DNA from: Glaucostegus cemiculus
Taxonomy: Eukaryota
Direction: 5' to 3'
DNA length: 64,000 nt
Assembly: GCA_976551045.1 (NCBI GenBank)
Contig: CDPCPM010000418.1
Location: 3,224,001 to 3,288,000 of the forward strand
Shown: piece by piece, positions 1 to 14,625 of the stretch
Numbering within the stretch: position 1 is the stretch's first letter
How the letters are laid out: each line of letters starts with the position of its first letter
Notes under the pieces: model-generated
What the model saw: only the letters and a program-made list of their open reading frames with translations
Database searches by the model: none
Told to the model about the DNA's origin: nothing
Program-made: the position numbers and the translations under genes

Positions 1-2876
1 GCCTTAAGCTGTGGAACTTCTCCTCAGCCCTTCTACCTCTCCATTCTCCAAGAGGTTCCTTGAAAACTGCCCCTCTGACAAAGCTTTTGCTTACCTGTCC
101 TGATGAACTAGGTTGTACTAGACTTGCCCCATTTCAGGAGTCACTGCCCACTCAGCCCAACCACTCACCTGGGCCATTTGAGGAGAACCAAAGTAGATGA
201 CCCTCCAGGATAGTCTTAGAGGTGACTCATCCTCATGTGATGTCACCTGGATGTCTCCGCCTGCAATATCTCTGACAGGCAGTGACAGGAGGTATAGTTG
301 GGGAAATGTCTGACATTTAAAACTGATGCATATAATTAAAAATATGGTTCACTAAGGTAGTTAGAAATCAATAAAACATTAAACCAAATTAAGAAAAATA
401 ACAATAAAAGAACTACCTTTCCGATTCCTGGTGAAGGACCTGTATCCCTTTTTGAAATGTATTCATTTCAACATATGATAAGTCTGGCAGTCCACCGGGA
501 TAATGCTGGGGAATCCTAACAAGACTGGGATCTGCCACTGGCCTCCCACATGGAGCAGGGGGATGGATGAATCTGTCACTCAGTAAACCCTGGTCTGTGA
601 AAATCCTGAACTTTCCTCTGTCTGAATGGTCGATTCCCAATGGTTCCTTATGGAACTGCCAGCCACAGCCAGGAATATCTTCTTATAATATTTGATGCTA
701 AATCCTGCTTGTTAATGCTCCCATGAATTCCCTTGGGATGTTTAACTGCATTAAAGGCGCAGTATTAATACAGTTGCTGTTGTTTGATAGAAGGAATTTG
801 TTGGTGAATTGTGATTGCTTTCCTAGTGGGTTTTGGTTGGTCTGTTTTACTTTGTTGACTTTGCTGGAATTTATTGATGACTCTGTTAGTATTTTAATTG
901 GCTTATTGATGAATTTTGATGGTCATCTAGTTAAAATATACTATAAAATAACCTTGATCAATGTCGCTGGACTGATGCAGGTTAAATCTTACAGGTGAGC
1001 CAAGGGCATGGTTTACAAGAGCAATTGAAAAGAGATGACACACAGGATGCAGTAGCCAATAAATCAGGCAGCGTAATATTAAGCCAATGAGCAAGTCACA
1101 ATGACTTTTGCGGTGGGAAGAACTCATGTCAACATGAATATGCTCCAGATAAATAAGTCCTTGTTTTAGTTTCCCTTATTTAAAGAAAACCACCATTTAA
1201 AACCTATTGATAAAAAGAATGCATCTATGGGGTGACAGTGTGGTTTTAGAGAAAATTTGGAATATTGATTTATGAAAAATTAACCACTTATGATGTGGTT
1301 TAGGTAATCCACAGGCAATGTACAACATCCTCCATGTACCAACTCTAGGTGGGTATATTCAGTATGGATGGAGGGAGAAGTGATTTAGATTTGACGTTGC
1401 CTTTATCTTCCTTGATGTGGCCATGTCTTTGATCTTTCCTACTTCCCAATTAATTTCTTTTTTCTGTGTATTAAGTTGGTCTGAGTCATACTTGCTTGTG
1501 GTAACTTCATCATGCTTTTCATCTCTTTTGAATAAAGGTATGTAGCTCTCATTTAAGGAAAGAGGAAACACAAAGGAGACATGACAAATATCGATGTGTG
1601 AGCTAAAGAACATGCAGGATTGGGAAGGAGACAAAATAATGTTAACCCCTTCCTCTTCTCAAAGTCCACGTACAGGTCATTTGCCCTTCCATTGATGGGC
1701 TCAATGCAAAGCTTAAAAGTTGCACCCATCTAGGTCCCAAACTCTGCAATGGGCTGGTGTGAAGCACTGAGCTGGCATGGATATTTTGATCTGGACCAAA
1801 ATATCTGCTCCTCTCTGCAATCATAGGTCTCATATATTGTAGCAGAACTCTACTTCACCATGTCAGTACTTGACTGAACAACTAGGTTACACAGGTGGTT
1901 TAGGGGCCCCCAGGTTTGCCTCCACAGGAAGCTCCTCAGTCATCCTAATTCCCACACTAACTCTTATGACTGCCACAACTCCTCAGGGGCGACTTTGGAA
2001 ACTGTAGCTCCACCCAAGGAAGCTCCTGCATAGCTGTAGGCATGTTTCTACAGTGTCCAAGGTCTGGAATCCTGTGTCTGCCTTTCACTGAGTAATCGCT
2101 TGCATGACAACAGTCAATCTTTTTTAAATATTGTACCTCAAGAAGATAAACTCCATCATCTGAGTTCTTTGGAAGAATTCCAATAATTCAACTGTACAAA
2201 ATTTAAGTCAAAGTATTAGGATGCAGAACTTTCTTCTGGCTTTAATCTGGCTTTTATCCCTATGATGTTCATAAGCAGATTCAAACTGCTTGCATCGAAT
2301 TTAGTTCCAGCTCTTACTAAATGAATACTTGGCATTCTTAACAAAGAGCCCAATGTCATTCTGCTTTCTGGTACTCGATAGATCATGGTTAGAACAAGAA
2401 AAATAATAAAAGAATTGCAACAAACATCAGGTTGGTTCAGATGAAAGGTTATTGACCTAAACACTGGGCAGTGATCTGGTGGGCTGGAGCTGGCAGTTCT
2501 GAACCATATTACTCATGTTTAGACAGGAGTGGGATTAGAACTTCCACGCATGTGCTGTTACAAATGGAAGTTCAATAAGAATAGTGGGAGGCAGGAGCAA
2601 GAATAGCAGAGTGCCAGAGTTGTTTTACCATCCTTCCCTCTAAGCTCTCCACCTTGGGGTTTTTTCTAGTGCCAGTGAGTTGTTAGAAAGGTGACTTGGG
2701 TAATAAAGAATAACTTACATTTCATGGTGGCTTTAACATAGTAATTGCTTCATGGGAGTCATTTTCACACAAAATATAACATAAAACCACGTAAGTAAAA
2801 AATACACAGGCAACCAAGAGTTTTCCGCTGTTAAGAAGCATTGTAAAAGTGGAAGAAGATTTAGAAAGTTATGCTT

Positions 2877-3030
2877 AGATATTCATCCCTGGTGAGTAGC
2901 GCTAAAAGCACAATATATTGGCATCAAAATTCATTCCATTGACTTCATTGGAATTAATTTCAGAGGGAAAATTCAACTGATTGAAATGACTGCATAGTGT
3001 TTTTAGCACTACTGATTGAGGTGAATTTCT
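2877..3030. mobile_element. Old MITE-like element with ~35-bp imperfect terminal inverted repeats
   Basis: agatattcatccctggtgagtagcgctaaaagcac versus the reverse complement of gtgtttttagcactactgattgaggtgaatttct; lies inside an L2 remnant. Confidence 0.5.
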
Positions 3031-6000
3031 TGTTAGCTGAGAGGGTTAAGGAGGGAATTCTAGAATTTGGGTCCAACGCAGCTCAAAGAGTGAAATAAAT
3101 TGGGGATGTGCAAAACTCTACATTGAAGGAGTAAAGAGATCCTGGAAGACTGTAGGCTTGGAAGAAGTTACATATGCTTTGTGCTGAAAATATTGCCAAA
3201 GAAATAAAACCATGCTTAATACTGTCACACTGGAAATTCACATCAGTATGCTAACACCATTAAGATGCACGGACAGAACAGCTCTTGACATCTTTCATGT
3301 ATCCAAGAAATAATGGCAGCTCTCCCACTGTCACTTGGTTACAAATGACACTTTGACCTCCACTCATGTGAATAATGCTACAAATTTCACTTCCTTCCTT
3401 ATATCCATGAAGTTCAGGGTAGTATTTTAGTCCTATACTCTAAATGAGAAGGGATGCAAATTCAATGCTACCATGAAATTCATTTATTCCCATTTTCCTT
3501 ATGCTGTGCTCTGGTAATGATATAATATAAAGGTTTATGTATCATGTTTAGGATATCTCAGAGCATGTTCTGGAAAATGGAGTACTTTTGAAATGAGGCA
3601 GCTATTGTAATGCAGGAAAAGCAGTAGCCAATTTGCACAGACTACGCTCTCACAAACACAGTGTGATAATGAACAGATAACCAGTCTGAAGTATAATTGT
3701 TGAACAGGACTCTTTTCAAAAGAGTGCCTTGGATTTCTTATGGCACTTGTGAGGGGCCAGTGGATCCTTGGTTAAACAGCACATCTGACATGGCAGTTAG
3801 TGTCAGCTTAGATGTTTGAGTTCAAACCTCTGGAGTGGGATGAACCCATAACCACCTGATAATCTACAAAAGCTTTGGTGGAAAAGGTCATTTGAAAAGA
3901 GTGATTGACATTGTCTCATCAAAAACATTTAACACGAGTGTCATTTTGGGTACTGGGCATGAAGCTTTGAAAACAGACCATCCACATGAAAAAAACATTC
4001 GATAGACCTTTAAGGGAAAGAGTCAGAAAATGCAGCAGTGCAGATGATAATTTTCTCACTGAAATTTTCACAAGGACATTGCCCTTTTAAGAAAGGAACC
4101 AAAAACCAAAAATGACCTAAGTTAAAGACCTCACATGAACTGTGCAAAGAATGTGTTTGTGTGATATTCTCATCTGATATTTTGTTGGAGGTATTAACCC
4201 ATTTAAAATTCCATAATGGCCACAGACTAATTGCTTGACTATGCTCCTTGGCACCGAAATATTAAATATTTCATAATTATGTTTTATTTACATTATAATC
4301 ATGTAAAATGTAATTCAGTAATGTTTATTTTCCACTGCAGCCTGTCCTGATGATGTACAGGAAATACGTAAAGTAACATGAAAACCTGGAGCATGTTCAA
4401 AGCTGAAGGCATCAGTGACCCCAACAGAAGTGGCTGTCACAGGGTTATGAAGGAAAGGGCTGTCACCTCCTAGCCCATTCCTCTCCATTCAGGTGAAATA
4501 AAAAGGAAAATAGATAAGGCTGGAAAATGAAATGAAAGCACAAGAAATAAGAACTGCACAGCAGACTGCAGTGTCTGAAAAGAGAAGATGCAGGCTTTAA
4601 CAAAGGGTCTGCATTTGAAACACAAATCTATCATTTCTCTTTACAAACAAGGACAGACTTGCTGTGTTTTCTCTTTTATTTGTTGTTCTTGTTTTTACAA
4701 ACTCGTTCAGTTCACAGTGGCAATGTCACACTCTCTTTCTTGCCAACACTGTGTTTCTTTCTTTTTTACCTTTTGATGTCACCTCTCTCTCTTTTCCTTT
4801 TGCTTTTATTTTCCTGCCTCGTCTTGAATCCTCAGCTTTCTCCGTCTCATTTCATCCTTTGTCATTTCATTTTCCTCCACCTGTCTTAGGCTTGTTATAT
4901 GTTTGCTTTCTCCTCTCTTTTTACCTATACCTCATACTTGCTTTCTCTTCCACCGTCTCACACTCTTCCTTCTCAACTGTATTAACCTTTTAATGCTTAA
5001 TGATGACAGCAGATAGCTCATGTTTGCTGATGGGCAGATAATGCATTTCTGTGCTCTATGTTGATGTTTTCTGTCAATCTTTAAAGTCTGAAATTGTGAT
5101 TTAAAAAAATAACATTCATAAAGAACTGGCTAGGCTAGACGTAACAGCCATTATTGTAACATGGAGTCTAGTACGTTGAGAATTGATAGTCAAATTCAGT
5201 TTCACTGCTAAAACTATTGCTAAACTTTGGCAAATTGTTTAAAATATCTGCAATAAATTAACATTCATATTTGGAAGTTACCATGGATAAACCTTGCTAC
5301 CAGACTAATGTGGGTACCAAATATATATTTAACTCTTCATTATGTTTGTTGAGATGACTGGCATTGTCCCTGGGGACACACAAAATCTTTGATAATGAAG
5401 GTAGTGGTAGAAACAAGTTGTCCGGGCACTGGGTAGGTATTGGTGGAAGGATCTGTCAATGAGAAGAGATCCTCAATAAATTTTTCAATGGCTAAAAATA
5501 ATCCTTGAATGACAGGACAGTTTTGCAGAGGGCAAGTTACCAATTTTACCGTAATGACCATCACTGTGATCTGGGAATAAGTTGCCTTTATTTCCACACC
5601 CCAGAGAAAGTGTTGCCAACCCTTCTCTTGAATCTAGCCAGTCTCAGTCCACTGATTAGCTTTGAACCATATTGATTACTAGTTGCTTGCCAACATCTAC
5701 TTCTCCTGGCTCAGCCATATCATTACATCTAGTGTCAGTTTTTGCAAGGAATATACATCATTGGAACATGCTTTTTGGTCCAGTTGCTGCTGCTTATACC
5801 CATCATTAGTCTTTCAGTTGCCTCTGTTACATTTGGGCTCAATTTCAGCTCTTTCCAAGCTGAGTTTCAGCTACATGCTTCAACTCTTCCACCATGCCTG
5901 CTCCCTAGCTTTGCTCTTATCCGCACCCATCTCTACTGGCACTCTCTGTAGTGTCAGGTCCATGGCTGATCAGTATGAAGATATTACCTAGACTGGTAAG

Positions 6001-6207
6001 TGAATAAACCACTTGGAGAGCGGTTGGTACTGATGGAAAGGTCAACAGCTTCAGAATAGAGCATATTAGAGTTGAGGACCTACAACTGTAGTGTTTAGAA
6101 ATTATCAGCAGTGGTTTACATTTACAGCACCAACCATGACTCTAGGGAATCTCAAAGTGTCCAACAGTTAATGAAGTATTTATTGGTCTGTGGACATTGT
6201 AGTAAAA

Positions 6208-6400
6208 TGGAGACACTAGAAACTGCAGATGCTGGAATCCCTGTTAGAGAAACTCAGAGGGCTGAGCAGCATCTGTGGAGGGGAGAGGAATTGTCAATAT
6301 TTCAGGATGAAATCTGGCATCAGGACTGAGAGTGGAGAGGGAAGAGAGCCAGTATAAAGAGGACAGGGGAGTGGTAGGAAAGGTCCTGAGGTGATTGGTG
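6208..6400 (-). mobile_element. Older Penelope-like copy
   Basis: agacactagaaactgcagatgctggaatc...gagcagcatctgtggag resembles the other copies. Further degenerate copies lie near 23480-23600, 25510-25635, 30361-30465, 35985-36035, 38225-38340 and 62260-62360. Confidence 0.55.
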
Positions 6401-6503
6401 GACTGAGGATTAGCACTGCTGTAATGTTGGAAAGACAGTGAAGAAAGAAGGGAATGAATAGTGAGAATAGAGTTGGGAGAAGACTGAAAGGAGATGACCA
6501 TGG

Positions 6504-6625
6504 CTAGTTTTAAGAAAGTGGTTGGAAGAGATTTAACATGAGATGGCCCCAACAAGGTGGCCCCTAGTTTTAAGAAAGTGGTTGGAAGAGATTTAATATG
6601 AGATGGCCCCAACAAGGTGGCCCCT
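6504..6625. repeat. 60-bp tandem duplication, two copies, one mismatch
   Basis: ctagttttaagaaagtggttggaagagatttaa(c/t)atgagatggccccaacaaggtggccc at 6504 and 6564. Confidence 0.95.
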
Positions 6626-7539
6626 GAATCAGTAATGGTTGATGGCTGTGGAATGGAGGAGAGTCACTGGTGGCTAATGTAGTATCTCGATGTTAATGGA
6701 GTGGAGTATGCTAGCGGCAGCAGTGGGTGCAGTGTCAAGGAGGTGCTCAAAATCAGTTGAGTAATTATGTCCTAGAAAAGATGGCACAGGCATGATGGGC
6801 TGAATTGCCTCCTGTGATTTCAGACCAAGAATGCCATACACTTTTTTTAAACAGCTTTATCAATTGGTTCAACCAAGTACCGCCACATATCGACACATCT
6901 CCAGTTGTGTTATTTGGGATCAGATTCTGCAATTCTAACTACTTATAACTGATTCAAGGGGACTGAAAACTTAAATTGTGTTTTATTGCATGGGATTATC
7001 CCGGAGATTTCATTGGTGTTTTGGGGACTGTATACAATTATTGCATCCACTTCAAGCTGCAAATCACTGACCTTACAAATAAACTACACACTCATCCATG
7101 TTACCTGCAATAATGGGACATGGTAAAATTACCATAAAACTTGATATATTTGCTGCATTTGCAGAAGAATGATTTATATGCAGGTGCAATATATAATCAA
7201 GATGCAGTACTGAAAAATAGAATCAAAATAACAATTTGCATAAGGGAATATCAACTGTAAGTAAGTTGCCTAGTCACACACTGATAACTGTGGAAATATG
7301 CTGCAATAGTTCAGTTATCATATTTATCAAGATAAGTGCACTCCACTGTACTTCAAAGTGGCTCAGTGCTTAAATAAATGCTTTGAGAGGTCTTTATACA
7401 AAGCTGCTATATAAATTAGAAAGGAAAGAGAGGCACTGGAGTAGGTGCATAAAAATTAAAAGTGAAATTAGAACTGATATTCTTATCAGAAAATTGAATG
7501 GATTGGATATCTTTTTACTTGAAAAGACTGTGGGTTCTT

Positions 7540-7713
7540 TGCTTTTTAGTTCTAATTGTGTTCTTTCTTGTAAAATGGTTTATAATTTATGTCTAATTTA
7601 TGTTTTTCTTGTGAATGCTGCTTATCTGATGCTATATGTTTGTGATGCTGCTGCAAGTAAGTTTTTCATTGCCCCTGTACTTGTGCATATGACAATAAAC
7701 TCGACTTTGACTT
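7540..7713 (+). mobile_element. 3' UTR/tail of the same LINE family as 60480-60714
   Basis: tgtgatgctgctgcaagtaagtttttcattgc...atgacaataaactcgactttgacttt; a more distant relative lies at 39085-39218. Confidence 0.75.
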
Positions 7714-8394
7714 TAAAGATCAGATGGTCATTTCTAAATCCAGTAGGATGAAGTTCCTCATCTTGAGATTGTAAGGATGAGGCAAGAAGCACATTAGCAC
7801 AGGAGTATTAAAGAGGTTGTTCAGTGCATAAAGGAGAAAATAATAGGTGGTCTGTTGCTGGGGTGGCATAAAGGTCCCATGGAGCATTAACACTAACATG
7901 GATCATATGGGCAGAATGGCCTGTTTCTGTGCTGTATATTCTGAGCATTCTGCATAAATCCAAATACCCAAACAGGTGAAAAATTGAAACTGCGAATGTC
8001 AAGGTCATTCTCGGACCTGGATATTTGCCAGTTTACTTGATGATCCATCATCCCTCACTCTTGGTGCTCTATATCATCAGGACAATAAGCACCATCTCCG
8101 AAAAAATTCCAAGTCTGGTAACTCACAAACTCTGAGCATGAAATTTCCTTGACTTTCATGACAGCAGGCTGACAATGTTCCTTAAAAAGGTTAAAGGTTC
8201 CTTGGTACAGGAAATAGAAAAATATAACCATTAAATGGTTGAAGATTGGATCACATGATTGGGCAGACAGAAGTAGTTATTCTGCTACCAGTACTTATCT
8301 GTGGATGTTTAACTCCTTGTCTCTAACATCCAAGTGAATTTCTCTTAACTGTTACTTAATACCATCCAGAGACATATTTATCTTATTCGTTTCA

Positions 8395-8548
8395 ATTCGA
8401 CATTTGGAAGGGTACATGGACAGAAAAGGCTTGGAGGAATATGGGCCAAATGCAGGCAAATGGGACTAGCTTGGATAGGCATCTTGGTCACTGTGAATGA
8501 GTTGGGTTGAAGACCCTGTTTCCATGCTGTATAACTCTGTGACTCTAA
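8395..8548 (+). mobile_element. CR1 LINE 3' end
   Basis: atatgggccaaatgcaggcaaatgggactag...ctgtttccatgctgtataactctgtgactcta. Confidence 0.8.
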
Positions 8549-8852
8549 TTAATGGACCTAGGGAACTGAACGGCTCTTTGACAAAGAGGAACTTAACAGA
8601 GTGAGGGATGAAACAACTGTTTTTTCAATGAATCAGCACAGGCTTGATGGGCCAAGTGGCCTCATTTTGCACTATAAGTTTTGATGATTCTCTCTGTACT
8701 TACCTCTTGCTGGGATTAGATGGAGAGGTGCATTGAAACAAAGAAAGCAACCATAGTTGCTGATCCTGATTATCAACCACTGCCTTTGCAGTAAAGCCTG
8801 CAAGCAGTCAGGATGAAGTTTGCTAAGGATAGCCTTCATACTTTAATAACAT

Positions 8853-9025
8853 GATAGAGTCATAACAGCACAGAAACAGACCCTTTAGGCCCACCACGCC
8901 CATGCTCATCATGATGCCTACCTATATTAATTGCACTTGCCTGTATTAGGCCCATATCCCTCTATGCCTTTACTATCTAAGTACCAGTCCAAATGCCCTT
9001 CAAGTGTTGTAATTGTATCTGCATT
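8853..9025 (-). mobile_element. CR1 LINE 3' end (reverse)
   Basis: atagagtcataacagcacagaaacagaccctttaggccca...catatccctctatgcc. Confidence 0.7.
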
Positions 9026-9539
9026 CACAGATAAACAATGTCAGCCTGCACGAGCTGTTGTAGAAGCTCTGGCGAGAATAACTCTGCACACCAACAAGAG
9101 TCAACACTTTCAGGGACAGAAGACAGATTAGTATGGTGAAGGAGAATGAAAGATACATTTCTGTCTCGCAGCCTCCAAGTAGAAGTGGAAACCAACATTT
9201 ATTGTTAAATGTGCTGTTATTATTAGCGGTGCTTTTTCAAATTCTTGCTGATTTTCCTACTAATAGCTATGGATTTAGAGGCAAAACTATTTGCCAGTCC
9301 TAGATGATTTTCAATTCTGAGAGCACTATGGCACATCAATTCGGAAGTAATTGACCTCCAATGGTTTACAAACCAAGTCACTCTGCATACAGCACTACAC
9401 TAGTCCCAAATTCTATGGTCAATGCACTGCAGCAACTTTTCTCTCAGTCTTCCTGGAATAGAAATTTGCTTTACTAGGCAACCTCCCCTTGCTCTTCTTT
9501 GACCCATAGTCTTTCCCCATTCTTTCAATCTGGGGACTC

Positions 9540-10080
9540 TTGGAATAGAACTGAAAGCAGAGACATTATGTCAAATTTGTATAGAACCATAGGTTAGATA
9601 AATCCTGGTCTCTATAGCAAGAAAAATAGAGACACTAGAGAAGAGACAACAGAGATTTACTAGAATGATATCAGAAATGACCAGATATAATCACTGTCAA
9701 GAAAGATTGAATAGACGAAGGTTATTTCTCTACTGAGTAGATCATTTCTCTACTGAGAAGTGACCTGATAGAGGGCTTCAAGACTATGAAAGGGTGTAGG
9801 TAGAGTCATGCTTCTATGGATGAGGCATTAGCCATAGACCATAAATATTTGATAATCAATAATAAATCCCAACAAGCAATAAAAGATGATCATTAGAACG
9901 TAGAACCTGCTACCATGAGGGATGATTAAGGCAAACCGTCAAAAAAGCTAGCTAAACATGTGAGGAACAACGTAATTGGAAGTTATGCTTGTGGGGTGAG
10001 GAGAAAGAGGAAGCTTATGTGGACCATGTGCACTGGCATGAACCTCTTAGACTGAATGGCCTGATTAAATACTTCTGTAA
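9540..10080 (+). mobile_element. Degenerate CR1 fragment
   Basis: agagatttactagaatgata...gtgacctgatagag...ctgaatggcct; small internal duplication at 9724-9757. Confidence 0.65.
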
Positions 10081-10689
10081 ATTTTGTAAAAGCCCAAGCC
10101 AGTCAGCAACTAAACATGCCGTCTGCAGCCTGGTTCTCTTTGATCATTAGTGGTGTCTCACCATCTGGGTGGTCACCTTGAGTTCTCAAGAAAGGCAAGG
10201 AAATGTAAGATGTTGAATGAGGTTAGGTGAAGTTATTCTCTGTGGAAATGTCAATTGAAAATCATGATATTCTAACTGAGTTGCAGTGCACAAAAGGGGG
10301 TTTTGTTCTGTAGATCTGTAGCCAAATAAAGAATCAGGGAGTAACATGAAAGGCATTGTTTGTTACCCACACCTTATACTTACAGTTAACCTGAGAAAAT
10401 GTCAGAGTGTGAAATGCATGTTGAGGTCAGCTCAGGCTTCAGACAGTTACAGAGTCTCCTGATACAGATTGGTGCCTAGTCCTAAATCGGCTGTGGGTGA
10501 CTTCACATAAGGTATTATTTTTTTGAACCCCCTTAGATTGTTTCTTCCCCCAATTACATAAAAAACCTTTTATCCTCTTTCCATTGTTGTGAATTAAATG
10601 GTTCTGGAGCACAAAGGAGCCAATTTACAAGCATACAACAGTTCTAATCCTTAAAAAAGAACAAAACTAGTGACACAAATAGCAGATCC

Positions 10690-11200
10690 ATAGAATCCCA
10701 CAACAGAGATCCACTAAGCCCATCCTGCCTGTGCTATGGTAGTGAGAACCACCATTACTCTTGATGAAAAACCTGCTCATTCCCCATTGTTGTGCAGAAC
10801 TTTTGTGTGTCCAATTCCTTTTTAAGCTTTCTTATATTTCTGTAGCATTCCAAATCAAAGTACCACGCTGATTAAAATAGAAAATCCCCCCTCATATACT
10901 TTTTCCAATTACTTTAATCTGCACACCCTGGTTACTTATCTTTCCTGGCAGTGGGAACAATTTCTCCCTACCTTTTCTATCAAGACTCCCTACAATTTTG
11001 AACACCTTTATTAAGCTACATCATAAGAACTCTCCTCCAATGAGAACAGTCTCAACTTCTCTGGTCTCTCTGTTTAATTCAAGTCCTTCCCCCAGTACAT
11101 TTCAGGGAGCAACTATTGCATTCAAGAGCCTTGGTGTCCTTTCTATAAAGTGTTGTCCACTAAGACTGGGCATAACTTCTAGATGAAGATTAACTAGTGA
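10690..11200 (-). mobile_element. Degenerate CR1 fragment (reverse)
   Basis: caattttgaacacctttatta...gtccttcc, reverse CR1 C-terminal pattern. Similar reverse pieces at 13940-14290, 37010-37250 and 56560-56830. Confidence 0.6.
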
Positions 11201-12614
11201 ATTACAAAATTTTATGCATAATTTCCTTGCCCAGTGTTTTTACTTTTACTGGCAAAGAACCATGATTTTCCTTGATGGTTTTGCTGATTTATTCTGAAGC
11301 TTGGAAGATTTGTACCTATGTAATCAGCAAGGTTTGGATTTGACTTTTTTATCTGATCTGGAAATGTTGAGAAAGCTGGCCAGGGTTTACTGAACTATCC
11401 CAGTGGCAGACTGAGGAGAGCCAATTGTGAAGGGAACCAAAACAGAAAGGCAGATCATAGTTCAGTTCAAGAGGAAGTCCAAGGCCTAAGCGTCTGTAAG
11501 TAACAGGGATATAAGGAGATAAATTCCATTTGGAATCCTGCTCCTTGACCCTGTCCAGTCAACACCAATGGGGAAGGGCAAGAAGGATTGGACTTTGCAA
11601 TCACCTAACCCAAGACTGAAGAACTCATAACTGCAACCAGCAAAGGGCCAGAGCTTACAGCATAAACTAAATTAACATATCCCAGAGAAAAGGAGAGAGA
11701 GCTGAGGTGGGAGAAATAAAATAAAATAAAATGTGATTTGGATTGGCTGTTATTGAACAGCAGTGGATACTTGATTTTCTACCTTCTCATTATCACATTA
11801 CTGTTAGCGAGAGCTTGCTGTGTGCAAGTTGGCTGCTATGTTTCCTGCAATGCATCATGTCCAAAAGAACTTAATTGGCTAATAAGTGCTTTGGGATGTT
11901 GAGCAAAAGACCATAAAAAGGCAAGAATTTCCTTTTCACAAGTTATTGATTCCATGAGTTCACAAACAGAAAGGGACTATGGATTGGCTGACAACTGTGT
12001 TCACCTAAAATAAGGTTCAGAGTTCCAGCAAGAGGAGCTACTGGCTAAGTGAAACCAGTTGAAATTAAAACTGGGAAATCCAAGTGGGCTGGAGATTTGG
12101 AGGTGGTGCATGGAGAGTTAATAAGAAGCTGAACAAAGCTGCCTTATTCACAGTACATTGTCAAGGCAACATGAGACTTCCATCCAACATAAAAATAAAG
12201 ATTGAAACTATATTTTTGTTCTTGGATGGGCAGTCCCCTTCTGCACACAACAGAACACCCTGGCTGTGAGCAACTAACTCAGACTTGGGAGAGTTTAACT
12301 CTGTCAGTGTCAATGCTGCTGTTCTTAGTTCATATGATCACTGAGACACTGGGGCACACTTCAATAGGGCCTCAATTATTTAGTACAAGAGCCACTTAGA
12401 CTGTCTCCTCCATACTTAATTCAACAAAAGCAATTCCTCCTTTTCTCAATGGCTGGTTCCTTGGTAGTTGGTGGAGGGAGAAGGTGGTGAGGAAGAGTCA
12501 TTGTTATATTGCCTACAAATGACTTGAAAACAATAAAACAATGGCCTGCACGATAAAGACCTACAGCAGTGCAGACAATTCCAGATGTATACCATGGTAA
12601 GAGAAAAGATAAAG

Positions 12615-13240
12615 GAAACTTCCATGTAACCAACAACAATTTGTATTTGTATAGTGCCTTTAATGTATTTTTACACCCAAAGATGCTTCACAGATGTGCT
12701 GTCAAAGAAACTTCAATGTTGAAACACATGGAGGATTTTGGAACAGCTCAGCTCAACAGCTCCTTGGCCAAAGAGGTAGGTTTTGAACGGTAAATTAAGG
12801 GAGAGAGACTGGGGAAGTGGAGGTATAGGAGGGGATTCTGAAGCCGAGGACTCTGGCAGATGAAGGCATGGGTAACGTTTACTACATCTACTGCATATGA
12901 ACCCGTAGTAGAAGGTTTAAAAATCAGAGATGTTCAAAGGGCAAGATCTGGATGAGAGCAGAGATCTTAAGGACTGTGATGTTGGAACAAATGACAGGAA
13001 TAGGAAGGGGCAACATTAGGGAAAATTTTGAAAAAGAGGGTAAGAATTTCAAAATGGAAACATTGCTGGACCAGGAACCAATGTAGGAGAGTGCAAAGAG
13101 GAATGATGGGTGAATGGGATGATGCAAATTAAGGAACGTGCAGAGAAATTGAACAAATTTGATGTTATGCAGACTGGAAGGTGGGAATCCTGCAAGAGAA
13201 GTTTGGAATGGCCAAGACTGGAGCAAGAATTTTGGAAAAC
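12615..13240 (-). mobile_element. L2-clade LINE 3' fragment
   Basis: aacaacaatttgtatttgtatagtgcctttaatgta tail, then ggccaaagaggtaggtttt. Related L2 ends at 1-100, 2705-3170, 35390-35660, 38500-38825 and 53700-53920. Confidence 0.65.
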
Positions 13241-14439
13241 CTGATTTATAAGCAAATATTTCATTTCAATAACCGGGACTCAAACAGGACTTCACTCTTC
13301 CTTGCTTTCTTGTAGTGACTGTGTTGGGAGTCTAGTTTTGGCTTGCTCACTTATTGTCATTAATGAACAATTGAAGAAAGGTGAAACTTTCCCTTTAGTT
13401 TCACATGGGACGTTAATTTTCATGGGTCATACTGAAAGCTGTTTGTTTATTCGTTAGGTTCAGATACAGAGTGCAAGTGAAATCAGATAGATTTGGACTT
13501 GAACCTCCTGCTGGTCCCCCAGCTTCCTCCCTGGCAATGAAAAAAACTCGTATCAAAGCATTGGTTCGTTAACACACAACCCTGCAGCAAGTACAGAATT
13601 GATTTGGCCTGATCCTAGAATTCAATGTTGGTGTAATACTCTTGAGCTGTAATTAAATCTTAATCTCCCAGCGTTACTTGATGATCCAGAAGCTCATTGT
13701 CTCTTTATCCAGCAGACGGGACATCTACCCGGCATGAAAGCAGATGCTCTTCGAGTAACCCTTCAGGAACAAAGCAGTCCAGCTTCAAGCAGCTATTGTT
13801 TTGGCTGGCAGCACTTCCTGTTTCAATAAATCTATGCGTGCGCACACACAAAACATACTCTCACACTCACAGACAAAACTGTGCTGACACAAACAGATAT
13901 CACAGACATGAATATTCACACTATTTTACACTGACAGATTCATGGAACTGTCATGGCAAGGGAAGAGGCCATTTGGCCCATTCACTCTATACATAAAGCA
14001 ATCTATTCCATTCCGTTTCCATGCTCTCTCCCTGTTGCCCTGCAGGTTACTTCGGCTCAAGTGGTCATCCGATTCCATTGTGTGATGAACAGAACTCGAT
14101 GCAATGCTCCAAGTCATGGCCTAACCAGTGTTTTATGCAGGTTCAGCATAACCTCCCTTGCTATTGTCTTGTATGGAACTATATATGAAGTCGAGAATCC
14201 CATATGCTTTACTATCTGTTCTCACTCCACATCCTGCCACTTTCAAAGATTTATGCACATATATATCCATGCCCCTTTGTTCCTGCATAATCTTTAGAAC
14301 TGTCCCATTTAGCCTTTGTAATCTCCCTTTGTTTTCACTTTTCTGTATTAAATTTCATCTGTCACTTGTCCGTTTGCCTGTATTCTCTTGTAGTCTATTA
14401 CCATCCTTGTCAATATTTACAAGTCTATTTATATATGGA

Positions 14440-14625
14440 CAGACTCATGCACACAAACCAACACACAGTCAGAGACATAGACAAATACACACATTCAGAC
14501 ATACATAGACAGTCACACACACTCAAGTGTTCTCACCCACACATTAACAAACACTAAAACAACAGTCATATGCAGTTGCACACCCATTTACAGAACACAC
14601 ATACATACACACACACACACACACA
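14440..14625. repeat. Degenerate CA-rich low-complexity tract
   Basis: acacac/acatac repeats; similar tracts at 40595-40720, 43707-43750 and a GAGTGT-rich tract at 48230-48530. Confidence 0.7.

Noticed and set aside
1780-1805. Small inverted repeat gatattttg...caaaatatc as an extra miRNA
   Set aside because: 9-bp stem, far too short for a pre-miRNA and expected by chance.
6504-6625. CRISPR-like repeat
   Set aside because: Two directly adjacent copies with no spacer, in vertebrate DNA.
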